A DNA stretch of 62,880 nucleotides, filler included, from Octopus bimaculoides (GCF_001194135.2; 8 parts of 7 records of this genome joined end to end with filler, not necessarily neighbours in it); one strand, 5' to 3'. Shown: positions 23,664-38,139, counted from the whole stretch's first letter. Program-made: numbers and translations. Notes: generated by a model from the letters alone, not told the origin.

Positions 23664-24321
23664 CATGAATACACACACACACGTAAATGTGGACATACAC
23701 GCACACACAGACAAACACACACAGACAAACACACACAGACAAACACACACACCTGATTGCTCATGTTCTTTCTCAGTATTGCTGTTACTTCTCTTACTGT
23801 TGTTGAATAGCGCCACTAATTTGTACATGAATAAACTGATGGCACAAAAGTCACGTCTTCTTTATAGCGACACATGGATTGCCTAATACTCTGATACTTA
23901 ATACTTATATAATGTTTTCCTTGTTTAAAAAAAAAACTGGAACGAGAGCGAGGAGGAAAAAGCAGACAAAGAGAGAGAGATGAGAAGAGAAAGTCGGTGG
24001 TGAGAGGTAGAAAATGAGTGAGAGAGAGAGAGAGAGCACAGGAGAGAGAGAAGGAGAGAGAGAAAGCTAGATTTTGTTCAAAGATTTAGCTGTTATATTA
24101 AGTAGGTCAAAGGACAATAAGGAAAATTTCTTGTCTTTAATCTTGTACTGCTTTATTTCTCCTGTTGTTTTACTTTCAGTAAACGATTTATCTTAATCCA
24201 TGATATTGGACTATTCGAATTATTTGCCTTGGTTCATTCTTGTTTAATATTATGTAAATTACTGCCGATCCAAGATCATTGTATTTTTCTTTCCTAATTT
24301 TTTTCTTTTTTTTTATATGTT

Positions 24322-24374
24322 AAAACTATTGCACTGACGAAACCTAATAATACCGAAACGTTTTCATTAGTTTT
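24322..24374 (+). ncRNA. Decayed hammerhead-like motif (stem II lost)
   Basis: AAAACUAUUGCA | CUGACGA | AACCUAAUAAUACC | GAAA | CGU | U | UUCAUUAGUUUU. Stem I pairs at 10 of 12 positions; stem II is unpaired. Confidence 0.4.
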
Positions 24375-24545
24375 GCTGTCTGCGCTAACAGTAATTAGAC
24401 TTTTCCCACATGAATGGGGATTATATTGTTTTAATTCCTAATTTTTAATTTTTTAATTCTTAATTTTTCTAAACCATTTTCCCTTTTTAGAGTGAGTTAA
24501 CGATGGCCGCTAAATTTTTGTGTTCTTTCTCCAAATACTCCTTTA

Positions 24546-24753
24546 TACTCTTTTACTTGTTTCAGTCATTTGACTGTGGCCATGCTGGAGCACCGCCTAT
24601 AGTCGAGCAAATCGACCCCAGGACTTATTTTTTGTAAGCCTAGTACTTATTCTATCGGGCTCTTTTGCCGAAACGTTAAGTTACGGTGTCGTATACACAC
24701 CAGCATCGGTTGTCAAGCGATGTTGGGGGTCAAACACAGACACGCAAACATAT

Positions 24754-24796
<43 letters not shown>

Positions 24797-24961
24797 TAAG
24801 ACGGGCTTCTTTCAGTTTCCGTCTACCAAATCCACTCACAAGGCTTTGGTCGGCCCGAGGCTATAGTAGAAGACACTTGCCCAAGGTGTCACGCAGTAGG
24901 ACTGAACCCGGAACCATGTGGTTGGTAAGCAAGCTACTTACCACACAGCCACTCCTACGCC
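24546..24961 (-). mobile_element. SINE family A (full length)
   Basis: Reverse complement of head, body, microsatellite and tail. Confidence 0.9.
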
Positions 24962-25345
24962 TGTTCATTTTCATTACACATTTTTTCTCCGCTAATTTCT
25001 TCTCTCCCTCTTCTCGCCCTCTTTCTCTCATTTGCTTCTTATTTCTCTCTTTTACCCCCAAATCTTTTTTGTCTCTACGTTACCGCTCTCGAAATGCAAT
25101 CAATTACCAGATCCTATTGTCCGATGTCACGTCTTTTTCTGACATAACTTCTGCAGTCCCAATTGCTCCCCGACGGGCTAACAAGGGGATCTTTACGCAG
25201 ACGTTTTGACACGCTAAAAATGACAACTAAATTAACATCAGATTGCCCACGACTATCTTAAAATGATGTATGCTCACGGTTGAAACAGTTTTCATCATTT
25301 GTTTGCTCAGTTACAACTGACCCGAGCCAAAATAACAACTACTAT

Positions 25346-25394
<49 letters not shown>

Positions 25395-25689
25395 GCTACT
25401 ACTACTACTACATCAAACTTAATAATAACAGCGGCAGCTTTTATTTAGTTTCCCCGTACCTGCCACTGTAATGAGCATTGTTGTCACTTTAGCCGTTTAG
25501 TCCCATCGGTCCTATGTCTGACCAGACAGACAATGACCAACGATACACTGTCCCTGCTTTTTGTGCATTCAGAACTTGCGTTGTACAATTTGACGTTCTT
25601 TTAAAACGAAGATTGTAACGTGGCTTCAGGGTGACTTGGCTGCTATATCTAGCCGGTCATGCGAATACATAGAGGCCCTCGCAATTGGT

Positions 25690-25857
25690 GTTCTTATAGC
25701 TAATGCATTCACTGCTGTTGTTGCTGCTGCTGCTGTTGCTGATGTTTCAGCAGGTATTGTTGTTGCTGTTGGTGCTGTTGTTACTTCTATCGTTAACTAC
25801 TAATGATATTGTCACAAATGGCGGCTGCAGCTACTACTACTGCAACTGCTGCTGCTG

Positions 25858-25906
<49 letters not shown>

Positions 25907-25969
25907 ACTGCTGCTACTGCTGCTACTGCTGCTACTACTACTACTACTACTACTACTGCTGCTGCTACA

Positions 25970-26004
<35 letters not shown>

Positions 26005-26065
26005 ACTGCTGCTGCTGCTGCTGCTACTACTACTACTACTACTACTACTGCAACTGCTGCTGCTG

Positions 26066-26115
<50 letters not shown>

Positions 26116-26414
26116 GCTACTGCTACTACTACTGCAGCTGCTGCTGCTACTGTTGTTGCTACTGCTGATGTTGTTACTGCTGCTGGTGCTGTTGTGGATA
26201 CTGCTGCTGCAGTAGATACTACTACTACTACTACTATTACTTCAACTACTACTACTACTACAGCTGCTGCTGTTGCTGTTACTGCTGCAGTTACTGCTAC
26301 TGCTGCCGCTGCATCTATTATTGCTATGCATGCTGCTATTGAGGCTACTAATGCTAGCTCAGGTATTGATACTGTTACTACTACTACAACTACTGCTACT
26401 ACTCCTACTACTAT

Positions 26415-26467
<53 letters not shown>

Positions 26468-26790
26468 ACACTACTAGTACTACTACAGCTGCTGCTGCTG
26501 CTGCTGCTGCCGCCGCCGTTGCTGTCACCGATACCGGTAATGTCATTCACCATCAATCCCATTGTTGACATGGCTGCTACATCTAAAGTTACCGCCATCT
26601 TTGTTCTCAACACCCACCACCGGCATCACCAGCATCACCGCCATTTTATAATTTTGCCGCCACTTGCAACGCTACGTTCATCACCACCGCTATCACTGAG
26701 AGAACCATATAACCACCACCACCACCGCCACCACTACCACTACTACTACTACTACTACTGTTACTGCAACTGCTGCTTCTGCACTCGCTG
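25690..26790. repeat. ~1.1-kb compound trinucleotide microsatellite (CTA/CTG/TTG mosaics)
   Basis: Direct inspection; produces poly-T/A/L/Y pseudo-ORFs. Confidence 0.9.
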
Positions 26791-27117
26791 CAACCATATG
26801 ATGCTGCTGAAATGAAGCTGCATTAAAGCAGCTTTTCATTCATTAGATCGTGAATCACGCAATTCCCACCGCTTCCATCTTCTTTCTCTCCACCCACCGC
26901 TGTATTTTAAACGCCCCCGCTACCTCCGGTTTTTGGAGAAGCGGGCAGATAACTCTATCGATCCTATTGTGCCATTGATGTTATTATTGTAGATAGCGGG
27001 AGGAAGTTGATCGGTCTCACTGAGAGGAGAATCTATTGTTTAGGAGGTTAAAAGATAGCTTTGTGACACTGTATCGTGCCGACATGTCATCATATATGGA
27101 AGGTATCGCCTGTATAT

Positions 27118-27239
<122 letters not shown>

Positions 27240-27893
27240 CAACAGTCGTTTACACATCCACCGTATATGCACATGTACGTGTGCGTATGTGTGTATGTGC
27301 GCGCTTATGTATGCATGTATGTATATAATCAAATGCATACATATGCACATATGCACATATGCACATATAAACATGCAGAGTGATAAGGATATTATTTACA
27401 TACCGCCGGTTTCATACTTGGAACCACTTATACCTAACGCATCTCTCTCATTCTTTCTCTCTCTCCCTTTCTCTCTCTGCATATATATNNNNNNNNNNNN
27501 NNNNNNNNNNNNNNNNNNNNNNNNNNNNNNNNNNNNNNNNNNNNNNNNNNNNNNNNNNNNNNNNNNNNNNNNNNNNNNNNNNNNNNNNNNNNNNNNNNNN
27601 NNNNNNNNNNNNNNNNNNNNNNNNNNNNNNNNNNNNNNNNNNNNNNNNNNNNNNNNNNNNNNNNNNNNNNNNNNNNNNNNNNNNNNNNNNNNNNNNNNNN
27701 NNNNNNNNNNNNNNNNNNNNNNNNNNNNNNNNNNNNNNNNNNNNNNNNNNNNNNNNNNNNNNNNNNNNNNNNNNNNNNNNNNNNNNNNNNNNNNNNNNNN
27801 NNNNNNNNNNNNNNNNNNNNNNNNNNNNNNNNNNNNNNNNNNNNNNNNNNNNNNNNNNNNNNNNNNNNNNNNNNNNNNNNNNNNNNNNNNNNN

Positions 27894-27996
27894 GAAACGT
27901 TAAAGACTTTCCGTATTCCCGAGCGTCATACTAATACATCCTTTTGTTGTTTACACCATCTGTCCTCGTCTGTTGTTTTTTCGTACATTCTCCCAT
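27894..27996 (+). repeat. Second copy of the Penelope-like repeat at 7174-7278 (5' part lost in gap)
   Basis: GAAACGTTAAAGACTTTCCGTATTCCCGAGCGTCATACTAATACATCC... is near-identical to the first copy. Confidence 0.85.
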
Positions 27997-28775
27997 ATAT
28001 ATATATATATATGCATTTATACATATATATGTATGTATGTGTGTGTGTATGTGTGTGTAATCACACAAACGTAGATCAAAACTAAACTTAGTGAGAGAGG
28101 TCAACGACATGGATATGAATATAAACAAATAAAGGTATAAGAAATATCATACAAAAGAAGCAAAAAAAATTATTGGTTTTTAAAATTATCTCTGCTTGTA
28201 AAGGATGTTTCACATTTACAAAAATGGCCCCATATGAGAAGGGGAAATGATATCAAGAATCAAAATTTTTCAAAGTTGACATGAAGGAAAATGACTGGTT
28301 TATTGTAAGGGGATAAAATGGCGATTGTGGACACGTGTTTACATCTTTTATATACAAAGTTAGCTCATATCTGTAGATATACTCTGTTGGAAGGTACAGC
28401 CTTGAAACAAAAACTGCCAACAATACGAAATAATGGTATTTGCTTCTGCATGTTAAACAGTTTGACATATTGAGACATTTGGGCTCTTTTTATATATGCT
28501 TTACAAATGTCAGTCGTTGGCGTACGGCCATGCTGGGGCACTGACTTTAAAGCTTTTAATCGATCACACAACCCCGGTGCTTATTTGGGCCTGTGGTACT
28601 ACTTCATCGGATATGTTTGGAATTTGATACGCATGAACATACAACGCATACACACACGCCAGTGCATACGCACACACTCAAACATACACACACATAAATA
28701 AGTACGACCCCACCATATGTACATATAGTTATGTATTAATTCATGTACCTAAGCAATTTTGTATGTATGTATGTA

Positions 28776-28832
<57 letters not shown>

Positions 28833-28850
28833 GTCTGTCTGTCTCTCTCT

Positions 28851-28966
28851 CCGGGTTCAGTCCTACTACATAACATTTTGTGCAAGTGTCTTCTGCTGCA
28901 TATACCCTTGGGCTGACCAAAGTGGATTTGGTAGACGGAAACTGAATGAAGCCCGTCGTATATATA
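28851..28966 (+). mobile_element. Partial SINE family A
   Basis: CCGGGTTCAGTCC...GTGGATTTGGTAGACGGAAACTGAATGAAGCCCGTCG. Confidence 0.75.
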
Positions 28967-30203
28967 NNNNNNNNNNNNNNNNNNNNNNNNNNNNNNNNNN
29001 NNNNNNNNNNNNNNNNNNNNNNNNNNNNNNNNNNNNNNNNNNNNNNNNNNNNNNNNNNNNNNNNNNNNNNNNNNNNNNNNNNNNNNNNNNNNNNNNNNNN
29101 NNNNNNNNNNNNNNNNNNNNNNNNNNNNNNNNNNNNNNNNNNNNNNNNNNNNNNNNNNNNNNNNNNNNNNNNNNNNNNNNNNNNNNNNNNNNNNNNNNNN
29201 NNNNNNNNNNNNNNNNNNNNNNNNNNNNNNNNNNNNNNNNNNNNNNNNNNNNNNNNNNNNNNNNNNNNNNNNNNNNNNNNNNNNNNNNNNNNNNNNNNNN
29301 NNNNNNNNNNNNNNNNNNNNNNNNNNNNNNNNNNNNNNNNNNNNNNNNNNNNNNNNNNNNNNNNNNNNNNNNNNNNNNNNNNNNNNNNNNNNNNNNNNNN
29401 NNNNNNNNNNNNNNNNNNNNNNNNNNNNNNNNNNNNNNNNNNNNNNNNNNTATATACATATATATATAATGTAAATAATATATATATATATATACGCATA
29501 TTTATGGTACAGGACGTCACCAACAGTAAACAACATGAAATACGAAAACAAATGAGTTAACTAAGCAAATAACGAGAGAAAAAAATGGAAAACATGACAA
29601 ATAATACAAAGAATGACCCTTCATTATTTGTCGGCTATCTATCTACTTCCCATTTCGAGCCATCAACGACAATATGAGTCTTCGAAGACAGTTGCTCCCA
29701 TAAATATCAAAATAAAATTTGGGATTTATGGAGGATCAAATATGAGAACAAAAACAGAACAGTGGAGACATTCAGGGAAACCGAACGAAAACAAACAATG
29801 GGAGGTCGTTAGATCTGAACGAGGGGATAATAGTGAACGCTGAGGGAAATATTTTCTTCTACAAGAGAAAAGATAGAAGAGAGAGACAGGATACGTCCTG
29901 TCCTTAGAACGTCTGTGCAGGAAAGAAAAATGGTTACGTAAGGAAAAGAAAGATGGACGAAGGTCACGTGTGAGCAATGAGAGAGAAAAAGAGAAAGAGG
30001 GGAGAGAGAGATTGAAAGAGAGATAGAAAACGAGGAAAGGGAGAAAAGAGGAATTAGAGAGGATGGGGGAGAAAACAGTATAGAGCGGATCGCATCAAAA
30101 AGGTTAAGATAAACTTAATTGGAAATGGATGCCTGGCGTTCAATTAAATAATAATATAAATAATATATATTTTATTAGTATTAAAGGTGCAAAGACTTCA
30201 CAA

Positions 30204-30249
30204 TAAACTGTTACTCAGAGTTTCACGTTCCTGTTCGACAGACAGTTTA
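30204..30249 (-). ncRNA. Candidate type I hammerhead ribozyme variant (core CUGUCGA)
   Basis: Minus strand: UAAACUGU | CUGUCGA | AC-AGGAAC-GU | GAAA | CUCUGAGU | A | ACAGUUUA. Perfect 8-bp stem I; stem III ACUC/GAGU with a 1-nt loop; cleavage triplet GUA. Confidence 0.55.
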
Positions 30250-31148
30250 GAGTGAGAATCTCCGGTATNNNNNNNNNNNNNNNNNNNNNNNNNNNNNNNN
30301 NNNNNNNNNNNNTTAATTAATTAANNNNNNNNNNNNNNNNNNNNNNNNNNNNNNNNNNNNNNNNNNNNGTGTGTGTGTGTGTATGTATATGCACCCTCAC
30401 ACACACGTGGACAAATCCCTAGATATGTATGTATGTTTTAAACATATATGTGTGTGTACCTCTGCTTGTTCGTCATTTTAAACATTTGAATGTTATAAGA
30501 GAATGTGAAATACTGTCGACATTTTAGAGCGGTTTAAGTGCCAATCCCATTACTTAGAGTTGCTGAGTCGTAGAAGATTTAGTAAGACGTTAATCATATC
30601 GTAGTTCTTCTTGTATGTGATGGTCATATTTAGATTTGTAACTTAGTTGTTAAAAAATGTTGTTGATGTTGTCTATCTTGTTCATAAAGAGCAAGGCTTT
30701 CAATTATATCAACTTGATGGTAGCAGCCATTGTTAGTTGAGGCTGATATTGAAGTGCATGGCCTCTTATTTCAAAGCTCGTTTTTATAACCTGCTATTAA
30801 AATTTTGTTTTCAATTTGTTCCTCACTGCCAACACCATGTCATGCATCCATTCTGTCTGTCTGTCTCTCTCTTTTTCTCTTTACGCTGTTATTCCTGCAA
30901 AAAGAATGCCAGAGATGGATTAGCATAACGCTGAGGTTCCTTGGATTATGAAATAAAGACTGTTTTCGATTATGCGACTGTGCTAATAATAATAATAATG
31001 ATAACAATAATTCTTTCTACAATTAGGCGCATGGCCTAGAATTTTGGTGGGATTTTTGTGGGGAGAATAGATTATATTAACTGCAGGCTCGACACCGAAA
31101 GAATAAAAGCAAAAACAACCTCGGCGGAATTTGAATTCACAACATAGA

Positions 31149-31249
<101 letters not shown>

Positions 31250-31785
31250 CAGTACCAAGTACTGGCTTTCATGGCTTCTGATCTTAACTGATTGGAATCT
31301 TAACTGATTATCACGTACATGTTTTGTCCTATTATATAAGATGGGCTGCAGTAAATATTCTGCTCAATACCACAGATTTGCTTGTCAGTTGTTTGACCTT
31401 AACTAGTTGAGCATGCCCTTTAGTGGCTGACGATATGTGCATCTCTGATCAGGAACAGTAGTGGGGGAGCATCATAGTCATGTATTGAGAGGAATTTTGG
31501 GCGGATTTAAATAATTCACCTCTGGAAACATGGGTGCTTTATTCAACATCCATAAACAAACCTCATTCAGGGACCTTTTGAGCAGGATGGGCTACTCGAC
31601 CTGAAGAAATTTCTAACTGGGTCATGTGCTGTTTAGCTTGATATGAGATCACCATGTCGTGCACATATGTTTGTGATGCATGTGCCCCGTGTACCCTTAT
31701 CAGACAGGTATTCATGATGGGTATATTGGGCCTCGTATATTTGTACCCTAGTGTCACTCTGATGGCATGCATTTCTCTGTCACTC

Positions 31786-31787
<2 letters not shown>
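31250..31787 (+). mobile_element. Family H repeat flanked by (AAT)n on both sides
   Basis: Colinear with 17925-18443. (AAT)n at 31213-31247 and 31785-31838. Confidence 0.8.
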
Positions 31788-31838
<51 letters not shown>

Positions 31839-31839
<1 letters not shown>

Positions 31840-32037
31840 TTCTACTGTAGACACAAGACCTGAAATTTCGGGGGAAGAGCTAGTCGATTACATCGACCCC
31901 AGTGTTTCACTTGTACTTAATTTATCGACCTCGAAAGGATGAAAGGCAAAGTCGATCTCGGCAGAATTTGAACTCAGAACGTAGCAGCAGACGAAATACC
32001 GCTTAGCATTTCGCCCGGCGTGCTAACGATTCTGCTA
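31839..32037 (-). mobile_element. SINE family C
   Basis: GAAAGGATGAAAGGCAAAGTCGATCTCGGCAGAATTTGAACTCAGAACG...GCATTTCGCCCGGCGTGCTAACGATTCTGC. Confidence 0.85.
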
Positions 32038-33391
32038 ATCCTCTATTAGTGCCAGTTTGGTCCATTAACGAATACAATAAACACACATAAAAAGGTGTTA
32101 CACAGTACGCGAAGATAAACAAGGAAAAATTTGTATAAATTTCATATTTTCGAGAGGAAGGTCACTGACATTGCACGATATTGTAAGACGTGTTAAAAGA
32201 TGTTTGACGTTGCGCAAAATAATCACACAAAATAAATAAATATTTTATCCCGCTCTACGGTTAGTTAGAGCCAGGAGCTATATTGACTGATGGTACGTCT
32301 ATCAGCGAAGTAGACTGAGCCAGAGATCAATGTTTACTCATGCTGCTCTGTCAACAAACGCTGAAATATTTATATAATCTCGAAGATTTAAAGGAAAATA
32401 CAAAATAATGATCTACCGTAGAAAGACAGTAACATTTGTTTACTTTATCATCAAAACTGTGAATTTGTCAACTATACCATCACGATTATCAAATGGTTTA
32501 GAGTATCACCATGGTTACCCGTTTTACATCATCACTATAATTATAGAATTGAGTAATTTCATTTTATTTTCTTTTGTGCTTTCTTTCATCATTTGTTTTC
32601 TGTATCATTAACTGTCAAATTAGTTGCTATGACTACTAAATTACTTATTAAGCGACTAAGAAAAATTAACACACACACAGAGATGCAAACTCTTGCATTA
32701 TCACATACTGTCACATACAGTCCTAGAGACGCATAAATTTGCTTAGCTTATATACACGGTTCAGTGAGAAGACTGTCGCATATCACTCGCCATATTGTTT
32801 TTCTTTCGGTTTTTTTTTTTCATATGTATTTGATAGAAAACAAAATTTCTGTTTTTACCATATGAGTTTTTGATCGTCTGAGGGAATTAATTGACATGAT
32901 TGTCAAGAATATGGAAAGGCAAACTTCGAAGATGCGGTAAAAAAAATACGACAACGACCATGGTGATGATGATGATGATGATGATGATCAAGTCGATAGG
33001 GATGATGATGATCAAGTCGATAGGGATGATGATGACGATAGTGGTGATAATTATGATGATGGTGATGATGATAATGAGGAGGAGGAGGAGGAGGACACCG
33101 ACGTTGATGATGTTGATGCAGATGATGATGATGATGCTGATGACATCGGTGATAACGATAGGGATCATAATGATGATGATGACGATGAGGATAACGATGA
33201 CGGTTACTTAGTTTGGCACCAAAGCATTGATTTATTCACAAGGGACATTCAATAGACACAAGTAAATTATTGGTACTCGTTCACATAAGGCAGTCATGAA
33301 ATAATAACACTATCAACAATTGTAATAATTATAATAATTTCTTACCGATTAGCAATGACGATCACATATTAAAATTAATACTTTTTTTCCG

Positions 33392-33530
33392 GCTCTCTAC
33401 ATTCTGAGTTCAAATCCTGCCGATGTCAATTTTGCCTTTAATCCTTTCGAAGTTGATAAAACAAAGTACCAGTCAAGTACAGGAGTCAATATAATCGAAT
33501 TTCCCCCTCCCCTCAAAATTGCTGGCCTTG
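33392..33530 (+). mobile_element. SINE family C fragment
   Basis: TTCTGAGTTCAAATCCTGCCGATGTCAATTTTGCCTTTAATCCTTTCG. Confidence 0.7.
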
Positions 33531-34099
33531 AACTCTGCAACTGACCGGTATCTCGTTCAGGGGGAATGTTGCGATCACGGACTTTTATACGCCATGAAAA
33601 CCCTGTAGCCGGCTTTATGAATCCTAGGCTGCAAGAAAAATAAAAATACATGCACATACCTAAATGAATAGAAATAAAAGCAAGCAGGGGCCGTACACTC
33701 ACATAGGGGTGAGATGGCGCCAGCTTAATTAGATCAAAGCATCTTACGGCTCCGAGCGCCTTTTACTCCTGACATCTGGAAATTTTTGAAAGTGCTCGTA
33801 AGCACTTTTGGTGTGAGAGATTGAGCAAGGATTATATCCTCAAAGTAGTAGCTCTTTTTAGCTGTTTATAGATTACTGGTGCGATTTTCACCTTCGCTCT
33901 CTCTTATCGATGTTCTTTAAAATGATAACCAAGCTCGTCTGCTGTCAGATCGTTGTTCCTTCGGTTTTCATCCTTCAATTTGTTTTATAGTTTCATCAAT
34001 TCCTCGTTGGCTATTTGAAGGACTACGAATGAATATCATGTAATTCGAGGTGAAAATAGGGTCCCTCCACCTGTGTCTTATGAGTTTCTCCGATGGCCT

Positions 34100-35050
34100 G
34101 CTATACATTCCCAGTATCCAGTATCCATCGTCGCAAGATCGTGTAGTCATACAGAGATGAGGTTAGTTGGCTTCCTGATGGTCAGCCCTGCACACTGAGA
34201 TCGAGATAATTTTCCCGACTATCATTAGGCATGAGATTAAGTGGTGCTTTAGAAACAAGTTTCTGGGAATTGTTGGTAGTTTTTTTCTGTTTCTGCTTAT
34301 CTCCGCTGCTCTCTCCTTCTCTTCTGCTTTTCCATCTTTCCGGGGCAGAAAAACTGCAAGTGACTCTTTCTGTGACATGTATAACAACTACACTTTCAGC
34401 CCTGTACCGTCAGTCTGATATTATTCTTTTTTGCATCTGCGGTGGTGTAGAGCAACTCGATCGCTGTGTGGTCCTCGCAGCATTATCAGGAGTTGCATAT
34501 CCATATAGACACCACCTAACCACATAACATTTCAAGTTACCTCTGCTTTCATCATCTGCTCATACCGTGGCATATAAGGGATTGGCATGCCAAGAGTTAA
34601 CGTCACAACTAATCTTCTTAGCTATTTGCATTCCATCCCTCTATATATTACAGTAGTATTCTGTGACATGTCAACTCCGCCTATCTCCTTGCATCACTCT
34701 CGTGTAAAAAGCCAGTTACACATTACCGTGTGCTTTACTATGTACGGATTGATCAAATCGTTTCATACGCCACCTTCTTCTGACAGCTCCTATGGGTTAC
34801 ACTGAAGCTCATTCTGTTTTTCAAGATACAGAGCTATGTTACAGGTTTCCTTACTTTCTCTTCCATGAAATCCCTGACTGAGGTGACAGTCTTCTTTCAC
34901 ATACCTTTGCTACATGATTTTGTTTGCTGGAGCTGAATTATGTCCAACAACTCTTTTTGTTTCGTAACGCTAACAAAACTGGTATTCCTTGTACATGCTA
35001 TAGTGTAAGATCTGTGTTCTTAACATGTTTTGGTATTGCCATGTATTTCT
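34100..35050 (-). pseudogene. Highly decayed DNA-transposase remnant, possibly piggyBac-like
   Basis: Interrupted minus-strand peptides PIGAVRRRWRMK, IGGVDMSQN and VNSWH appear in the order expected for piggyBac (V.RW..K, MGGVD..DQ, VNAW). Many stops and frameshifts. Confidence 0.3.
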
Positions 35051-35489
35051 ATGTTTTTAAATCGTAGATATGTCTGTCTGAATGCCATTTCTTTCTATTT
35101 TACCTTGTTCATTTTGAAGTCAGTATTGTTCCTTTCTCAAACTGTTCCTTGGAGATATAATCAGCGCTACCTATTTGCGACTGTCATTTCTTACCCCTAC
35201 TGGAAAAGAAAAACAACCTGTTAAAATACAATTAATGAAGGTTTACCAAAATGTAAAATATTAATATGTCCGAAGAAATTTTTTATCTTTTCACCTGAGG
35301 CTAAACTGGGTCGATAGTCGGGTATTTCAAAACCTTCCGAGGCAAATCATTCATGCAGACTTTTTCCATGAGTACCCAAAGGTATCTTCGGTTCATCCAT
35401 TGAACTGTCAGAAAATATAACAAAAAACAACAATAAAACAATAGAGGCATCAATACGGGCGATGCGGATGATGATGATGATGATGATAC

Positions 35490-35535
<46 letters not shown>

Positions 35536-37099
35536 GAATTACCTTTTTTTCTTTATTTCCCCGTACAGATGAAGAAAAGAAAAGAAACACACACTTGTAC
35601 AGACAGAAACATTTACATACGTAGTTTTAGGATAAAAGAGGCTAAATATTTTAGCATTGTATATATATATATATANNNNNNNNNNNNNNNNNNNNNNNNN
35701 NNNNNNNNNNNNNNNNNNNNNNNNNNNNNNNNNNNNNNNNNNNNNNNNNNNNNNNNNNNNNNNNNNNNNNNNNNNNNNNNNNNNNNNNNNNNNNNNNNNN
35801 NNNNNNNNNNNNNNNNNNNNNNNNNNNNNNNNNNNNNNNNNNNNNNNNNNNNNNNNNNNNNNNNNNNNNNNNNNNNNNNNNNNNNNNNNNNNNNNNNNNN
35901 NNNNNNNNNNNNNNNNNNNNNNNNNNNNNNNNNNNNNNNNNNNNNNNNNNNNNNNNNNNNNNNNNNNNNNNNNNNNNNNNNNNNNNNNNNNNNNNNNNNN
36001 NNNNNNNNNNNNNNNNNNNNNNNNNNNNNNNNNNNNNNNNNNNNNNNNNNNNNNNNNNNNNNNNNNNNNNNNNNNNNNNNNNNNNNNNNNNNNNNNNNNN
36101 NTATATATATAATACTATAATGTATATGTACACACACATACCTATATATATGATATATTGATATCATATGATTGTGTGTGTGTGTGTGTATGTAAGTGTG
36201 TGCGTGCTTGCGTGTGTGTGTGTGCGTGCGTGTGCGTGCGTGTGTGTGTGTGAACATTGGTATAGTTTGGGAGAGGCATGCTGCCAAAATATCCATACAC
36301 TCTGACTGTACTTCAGTTCTTTAATTCATTATCCAAGCCTTTCAATAGACATCTCTAAGCCATTTCAATGAGAGACCGGTGCTTGATCTTCATATATTAC
36401 TAGTAAAACTGTGTGTATGTTTATCTCTATGTCTATGTGTGTGTGAGCATATGTTTGTTGTTGTGTTCATAATTGGTGCACTTATTTGGCGGCCACGGTT
36501 TCCTTTAAATTGCTAAGCGTGCATCCGCGCTTGCTCACGCGCACGCTTTTGTTATTTTTATTTTCACTTTTATTGATCACTCGACTGAACTCAGTAGCTT
36601 TTCTAGGTTGCTGTTGTCAATCTCTCCACGTGCCAATTTAAATGCTATATATTATTGTTTTGTGTATTTGGGAAATTGAACACATACATACACACAAACA
36701 CCCCCACATACACACCTGGTTTCATTTCATTATCACTGAGATGACATATAGTTACCTCACACGTTTCCCCTATTGAGACTGTTCTTTTGCGTATACATAC
36801 GGAGTCGGTAACTTGTCATAGTGTCAGATGCCATGGGTAAGCAGATGTGATTTCTATTCTGTTATTGGTAACCGACCCTTCATATTTTTCTAAGGTTTCC
36901 CATTACGACATGTCATCGAATCCGTCAACCTATGTGAACGTAAAGAAATAATGAAACAAAAGAACCACCACGCATGCACGCACACACACACATACATACA
37001 TATGCATGACAGCAAACAAATATATTCATGCACATTGATATGCATGTACATACTTTCACACAGAGGCTTACCGCCAATAAGTAGACCCAAAGCGCATCA

Positions 37100-37118
37100 A
37101 GTGTCAAGCGATGTTGGA

Positions 37119-37215
<97 letters not shown>

Positions 37216-37391
37216 ACACACACACACATGACGGACTTCTTTCAGTTTCCGTCTACCAAATCCACTCACAAGGCTTTGGTCGTCCCGAGGCTATAGTAGA
37301 AGTCACTTGTCCAAGGTGCCTCGCAGTGGGACTGAACCTGGAACCATGTGGTTGGTTAGCAAACTACTTACCACACAGCCACTCCTGCGCC
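37100..37391 (-). mobile_element. SINE family A (3'-truncated)
   Basis: Reverse complement of head and body with a long (CA)n internal tract. Confidence 0.85.
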
Positions 37392-37976
37392 GATGTCCAA
37401 GTTTTTTTTTTTTACATATGAATTAAAACAATAAATATGACAGACATTTATACGTATATGAATATGAGAAAAGACAGAAAAACAGAATATAAGGGTTTAG
37501 CAACGATACAATGTCTTTGTGAAAGGCTATTGGTTAATACCTAAGCAAGGGGTATGATGATCGTTTCCTGTTTGCAGTTGAGAACCCGGATGAGAAAACA
37601 TGACGGAATACAATATGGAAATAACAAAAACAAAAGCACAAAAAACATTAACCTCCACCCCACCTGTTCCTTCACCATCCTCCGATAGAAACCGTAAAAA
37701 AAATGCTTGAGAGAAATAGAAGCATAAAATGAAAAACTAATTACTTGAGTGCGATGACGGTCTGACAGTGCACTTTTTAGTAAATAGATTACTACTACTA
37801 CTATTACTACTACTACTACTTTGACTATCAACGATCACTATCGCAACGCAGTAACTATATAGACAAATGTACATACACACACACATATGCGCAGGCACAT
37901 ACGCAGACACATCATTCACATAAGCATGCACACACATGCATGTATGCATATGTTATCATGAATTCAAATCTATCTA

Positions 37977-38023
<47 letters not shown>

Positions 38024-38082
38024 GTTTGTCTATCTATCTGTGTGTCTTCTGTCTATCTACTATCTATCTATCTATCTATCTT

Positions 38083-38139
<57 letters not shown>

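Noticed and set aside
26001-26815. Mucin-like Thr/Ala-rich and poly-Leu/Val ORFs
   Set aside because: Compound triplet microsatellite open in several frames on both strands, with no splice or domain evidence.
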